This document shows positions 50,101-54,597 of a DNA stretch of 54,597 bases, piece by piece. How positions within the stretch are numbered: position 1 is the first letter of the stretch; every line of letters starts with the position of its first letter. The notes under the pieces are model-generated. The model was given only the letters and a program-made list of their open reading frames with translations. It searched no databases and was not told where the DNA came from. The translations under genes were made by a program, and so were the position numbers. The DNA is from Basidiobolus meristosporus CBS 931.73 (taxonomy: Eukaryota > Fungi > Basidiobolomycota): positions 1 to 54,597 of the forward strand of contig MCFE01000600.1 of assembly GCA_002104905.1 (NCBI GenBank). Direction: 5' to 3'.

Positions 50101-50714
50101 GATGTTTCAGGGAGCTCCCTTTGGCCTAAAGACACTTACCAGCAAGTTTCAGAGAGTCATGACTATAATACTCAAGAATACACCATACGCATTGGTATTT
50201 GTTGATGATGTCATCATATTTTCCACTAACCGTGACGATCATGCAACCCATGTCACTGATGTAATCAACAGACTGACAACTGCTGGACTGATTCTCAATG
50301 CTGAAAAGTGCAGTTTTGCCCGCCTCAAAATCAATCTACTTGGATTTATAGTCACACCAGCTGGCCACCAATTAGATCCTTTCAAACTGGTCAATATCCC
50401 AGAATGGCCAAAACCCACTAGCGCCAAGCAACTTCAACATTATCTTGGAGTATTCAACTATTTCAGGGAACACATACCACTCATGTCCTCATTGAGTGCC
50501 CTTTAGATGCATTATGCCATAGCCCTGATCTCACCTCAGCCTGGAACAAGACTCATGACCAAGCCTTTGAGTCACTCTGCCAACTGCTTCCACAAGCACC
50601 CACCTTATCCTACCCAGACTTTACTAGCCCTTTGTTGTTGCTACAGATGCATCTAATGTTGGGTTAGGGGCAGTCCTCTATCAAGATGAAGACCAAAATC
50701 CGCCTCACTGGATC
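47137..50714 (+). mobile_element. Truncated, decayed Ty3/Gypsy LTR retrotransposon (5' LTR, gag, two Zn knuckles, protease, RT, start of RNase H)
   Basis: LTR 47137-47833 (TGTTGT...ACAACA). Gag ORF 47874..48794, CELHGKCYHSTSEC and (*)FKCGNMGHRSPAC, protease ALLDTGSS, RT SKLDLKDAYH*...PFGL...VFVDDVII, RNase H ATDASNVGLGAVL. Ends abruptly at 50714 with no integrase or 3' LTR. Confidence 0.95.
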
Positions 50715-52937
50715 TTAGGGGGGAGACAGTCACCAACAGGTGAAATCTTTATTTCAGTTGAAACAAAGAAGCCAGCGCTACTGTTGTAGCTTTGATACAA
50801 GAGTGTGTAGCTGAGGGGAATTTGTAGGTAAGTTAATAAGAAGTGATGATAGTTCTTCAGTGCTCAAGACACTGTTCAGTGGGAAGGGGGGTAGCAAGAG
50901 AGGTAAGAATGACTTGAGAACAACATTAATGAGGGGAATGTGATAAGGGTTGATATTCATCATAAAGGGAGTGTGCTGCTGCAGATATTGCTGCCAAAGG
51001 TCTATCAAGTACTTCAGGTAGGCCAGCTTGGGTTTTTCTGACTGCAGAATATAGTGTGCAAACTTCTTGACTTCAGGATCTCCAAGTATAGTTCTCCAGC
51101 AGGAGCCAGGTGTTATGTGGTGTGTTCTCTTCCAGGCCTTAATCAGTGGGTTGCTGCAGTTGTGAAGTCTGAGGTATAATCTGGTTCTAAGGTAGAGAAG
51201 TCTGATCTTATAGGGCATAAACCCAAAAGCACCAAGAATAGCATGTCTGTAGGGGCATTCAGGCAAATGAGACACCAAGGAGGTAATGCACCATACTGCA
51301 AACTTGTCAAGCTTAGTGCAGTCTCTAGAAGTAAGAGAGAGAAGTGGTAAGCCAAATTCCAGGACAGGGAAGACAAACTGCTTGAGTAGAAGGAGGCAGC
51401 TGGGAGCTGAAGTTGTAGGAGGAGTAACAGCCAGTAGCTTGTGGAGTGCCTGTCTTGCCAGGATAATTCTCTTCTTCAGGTGTGCTCCAGAGTCTAGTCC
51501 AGTAGTAAGGAAAGGAAAGCCAAGATATGTAGCAGAAACCTGAGCAGGTAGAGTGGAGTTCTCCAAGTTGATGGGTGAGCCCAAAGGTACTGTCTTTGCA
51601 ATGGAAAGCTGGAGATTATTCTTCTGCAGATACTGGTGGTTGGTCTGGGAGTCTTGTTGCACATTGGAGGAGGATATTCTGATGTCATCAGCAAAGAGAG
51701 TAACCAGGCAGTCAGCTGAGAGTCTTGGGAAATCATTCAGGAAGATGGCAAACAGTATAGGACCAAGCACAGAGCCTTGAACCACTCCATTAGGAACTGG
51801 GAACACAGCTGATTGCTCACTTGGGTGCAGAATTCTTGCTTGTGGATCCAGAAACAGAGACCTGACAAGGAGGGTGAGAGAGGTACTGGAGAAGCATTGC
51901 AACTTGGACCAAAGCAGATTTCTGTCAACTAAATCAAAGGCCTTAGTAATATCAAACAGAACAGAGGGATACTTGCACTGGAGAGAGTGATCTTGGCTAA
52001 GTATGACTGCATATTCCAAGGAGAGGCCAGGAACAAAGCCAAACTGTGCAGGATGAAACTTGAGTGAGTCAGAGTAGAGCTCCTGAGCAAGCAGAAGCTC
52101 AAACACCTTTCTGCAGGTGGGCAGCAGAGATATTGGCCTGTAGGAGCTAGGATCCAGGTGCTTTCCTTTACCCTTGTACAGTGGCAGAACCTTTGCAAAG
52201 GACCATTCCTCAGGAGTAGAAAGCTGGGCTGAGCATTGTTGAAACAGTGGAAGCAGAAGTGCAGACATGGCCTTGGTACTAGTCTTCAGAAGCTCATAAG
52301 AGATTGTGTCAACACCTGGAGCAGAAGAGTTGGGAAGCCTCTTGAGCACATTATGGATTCTCCTTTGATCAAGTGCAAGTGGGATGGGCAGAGTCTTGAA
52401 GTCAGGATGAAAGCCAGGAGTTGAGTACTGCTTTGTAGAGAAGAAGATGTTAGCCAGCTGTTCTGTTGAAGGTAACTTCTTGGAAGAGGGCCTCATTGCC
52501 CTGTAGAGTCTTGATACTGTTCTTGTAATAGAGTTGGAAGATTGCAGAGGCAAAGAACTCATAATATGATCCCAGAGCTGAGTATGCAGAGTGTGGTGAA
52601 TTGCCTTGGAGTGATGCATTGCTGTCAGGAGGAGTTTCTCTGTTTTTGGGTTAGGGAAACTCAGGTAGCTTTGTTGCAGGGCTGAAACAATGGATTCCCA
52701 TTTTCTTGAGGTAACAGCAGTAGTCTTGCATGGCAGTGAGAGGGAGGCAGACACCAGAATCAGATGCTTCACAAAGAGCCAGGCATAGTTGAGATCATCT
52801 GGCAGAGAAAGTAGCAAACTGGCAAGCTTCAAGTAGTTCCCAAAGTCTTTCTTCTGATTCTTGGTAGCTTTGTGGGTGAGCACAGTAAGTTTTGGCAGCT
52901 TCTTCTTCACAACTGGTTGCATGGAAAGGGACCAGGC
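50715..52937 (-). mobile_element. Telomere-type non-LTR RT module, subfamily A; intact 714-aa ORF 50778..52922 without recognisable endonuclease
   Basis: LINE-type RT motifs SAPGVDTISYELLK, WSFAKVLPLYKGKG, SYRPISLLPTCRKVFE, QFGFVPG, FDITKAFDLV, GVVQGSVLGPILF, LFADDI, TYLGF. No APE N-terminus and no CCHC/PD-(D/E)xK C-terminus seen. Confidence 0.93.
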
Positions 52938-52966
52938 TTAGGGCTAGGGTAGGGTTAGGGTTAGGG
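52938..52966 (+). repeat. Interstitial degenerate telomeric repeats between the RT and ORF1 modules
   Basis: TTAGGG CTAGGG TAGGG TTAGGG TTAGGG. Confidence 0.95.
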
Positions 52967-53896
52967 GGGATGATCATCAGCAAAGGGTGAAATCTTTATT
53001 TAAATAATAAATAAAGAAGCCAAGTTTGAATATGGATATCTGAGATGCAGGAAGCCTACAAGATAAACTTGGACTTTGCTGTATCCCATATATCCTCAAT
53101 ATCAAAGTCTAGAGGAGAGTGTAGCAAGACTGCTTGTTCACTGTAGTATTTCTTGAGGAAGTTTGTGACTTGAAGGGAAGGAGAGTTTTTCAACAAGCTG
53201 GTAAATCTTTTGAGGAGTTCTTTTTCCAGAGAGAATGGCACAAAGAGTGGAATGTCCAAGTGATGTCTGAATATATGCTCTGAGAGCTCCCAATCCAACA
53301 TATTTTTGACTTCTTCTGTAAAATCTTCAACAATATCTTTGTCAAGAATAACTTCCAAGAGATCCCTGGCAATGTACTGAATATTAATAATCTTAGGCAT
53401 ATGAATACCTAGGTCCTTGAGGTAGTTTCTTTGTTCTGATATTGGGAGATATCCTGCATTTCTGAAATAGCAAACAGCCCAGTTGGCAGTAGGAGGAGTA
53501 TCAGGGCTGACAGGGAATCTTCTTCTGGCTTTAGAGTGCACTGGCTTAGGAGACTGTCTTGATGGAAGGGCAGCTGGTTTTGGATGAGCTTGAAGTGCTT
53601 GAGAGTAGGTCTGAGTACAAGTAGTAGAAGTTCCTGGTTGCTGAGAATTTTCAGATTGACTGGATGAAGAGCTAATTGAGGGGTAGCAAGGTAAGGAAGA
53701 AGCTGAAAGAGAAGTGGAGAGGGCTGGGTGAAGTTCAGAAAGAGTTTTGAAAAGAATTTGGAACTGAGATTTCAACATTGAGTTTTCAGCCTCAAGAAGA
53801 GAAACTCTTTGTTCAAGGTAAGAAGTCTGTAAAGAGTGAAAGTTGGGTAAAGACATGGAAGTAATAAATAAGAAGAATGGAGTAGTTGGGGTGGGA
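52967..53896 (-). mobile_element. Complete ORF1 module (266-aa ORF 53056..53856) with its own 3' signal
   Basis: N-terminal coiled coil LEQRVSLLEAENSMLKSQF, low-complexity linker with TYSQAL, and a C-terminal domain RNYLKDLGIHMPKIINIQYIARDLLEVIL. Its position and composition are typical of a LINE ORF1/gag-like protein. Confidence 0.8.
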
Positions 53897-54440
53897 GGGT
53901 GGGAAAATAGGTAAGAAGAAAAGAGAGGAAAGATCTGAAATTGAAAATCTCAGAATTTATAGATAGGTGGACAAGGGTAGAGGATTGATTAATCCAGGGT
54001 TAGGGAAAAATAGGTAAGAAGAAAAGAGAGGAAAGATCTGAAATTGAAAATCTCAGAATTTATAGATAGGTGGACAAGGGTAGAGGATTGATTAATCCAG
54101 GGTTAGGGAAAAATAGGTAAGAAGAAAAGAGAGGAAAGATCTGAAATTGAAAATCTCAGAATTTATAGATAGGTGGACAAGGGTAGAGGATTGATTAATC
54201 CAGGGTTAGGGAAAAATAGGTAAGAAGAAAAGAGAGGAAAGATCTGAAATTGAAAATCTCAGAATTTATAGATAGGTGGACAAGGGTAGAGGATTGATTA
54301 ATCCAGGGTTAGGGAAAAATAGGTAAGAAGAAAAGAGAGGAAAGATCTGAAATTGAAAATCTCAGAATTTATAGATAGGTGGACAAGGGTAGAGGATTGA
54401 TTAATCCAGGGTTAGGGAAAAATAGGTAAGAAGAAAAGAG
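53897..54440. repeat. Telomere-adjacent 103-bp tandem repeat, ~5.3 copies, each containing GGGTTAGGG
   Basis: Unit starts at 53997, 54100, 54203, 54306 and 54409 (period 103; full copies look identical). A variant unit starts at ~53897. The last unit is truncated by the telomere. Confidence 0.95.
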
Positions 54441-54597
54441 GGTAGGGTTAGGGTTAGGGTTAGGGTTAGGGTTAGGGTTAGGGTTAGGGTTAGGGTTAGG
54501 GTTAGGGTTAGGGTTAGGGTTAGGGTTAGGGTTAGGGTTAGGGTTAGGGTTAGGGTTAGGGTTAGGGTTAGGGTTAGGGTTAGGGTTAGGGTTAGGG
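54441..54597 (+). repeat. Telomere, (TTAGGG)25 preceded by GGTAGGG
   Basis: Perfect TTAGGG array from 54448 to the end of the window. Confidence 0.99.

Noticed and set aside
50660-50672. GGGTTAGGGG inside the Ty3 as another module junction
   Set aside because: It encodes the conserved RNase H VGLGAV and is not followed by the 3' signal.
50778-52922. Telomerase RT or Penelope-like (Athena/Coprina) RT
   Set aside because: The motifs (APGxD, YRPISLL, QFGF, KAFD, QGSxLGPxLF, FADD) are those of non-LTR/LINE RTs. No TERT T/CP motifs or PLE signatures were seen.
52967-53022. Hammerhead ribozyme in the module 3' signal (CTGATGA on the minus strand of the 52961 copy; stem-GAAA-stem on the + strand)
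   Set aside because: CTGATGA occurs in only one copy and is not followed by stem II-GAAA. On the + strand the CUGANGA core and the UH cleavage site are missing. Unlike Terminon pLTRs, no hammerhead is supported.

Overview
This is the right end of a chromosome from an intron-containing fungus, probably an early-diverging lineage (Zoopagomycota/Mucoromycota-like; taxonomy is inferred, not proven). It ends in 25 perfect TTAGGG repeats. From 1 to about 25.5 kb it is gene-rich core sequence: a membrane-anchored PDI, SEY1, a large receptor-like membrane protein, a CBM9-like protein, beta-tubulin, L-lactate dehydrogenase and a PHO80/PCL cyclin. From about 26 kb it becomes a subtelomeric mosaic. CpG-free repeat blocks alternate with gene islands carrying a Cys-rich peptide, an allantoicase pseudogene, a YGPFRR-repeat secreted precursor, five Con-6 copies and a secreted MBL-fold hydrolase. 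The most striking structure is a chain of minus-strand, LINE-type retroelement modules at 34.4-35.6 kb and 44.5-54.4 kb. Every module has its 3' end facing the centromere and begins on the + strand with 1-5 TTAGGG(-like) units. Every module ends, in the RNA sense, with the same covarying two-hairpin structure followed by C-run-UAACCC, which is complementary to the telomeric G-overhang. The one long RT ORF has no recognisable endonuclease. ORF1 carries its own copy of the 3' structure and occurs independently of the RT. At least three divergent RT subfamilies and a non-coding four-hairpin module use the same 3' signal. This fits an apparently endonuclease-less, telomere-primed, modular LINE system. 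It is analogous to the Penelope-type Athena/Coprina/Terminon elements but built on a non-LTR RT. All alignments, counts and folds were done by eye and need computational confirmation.
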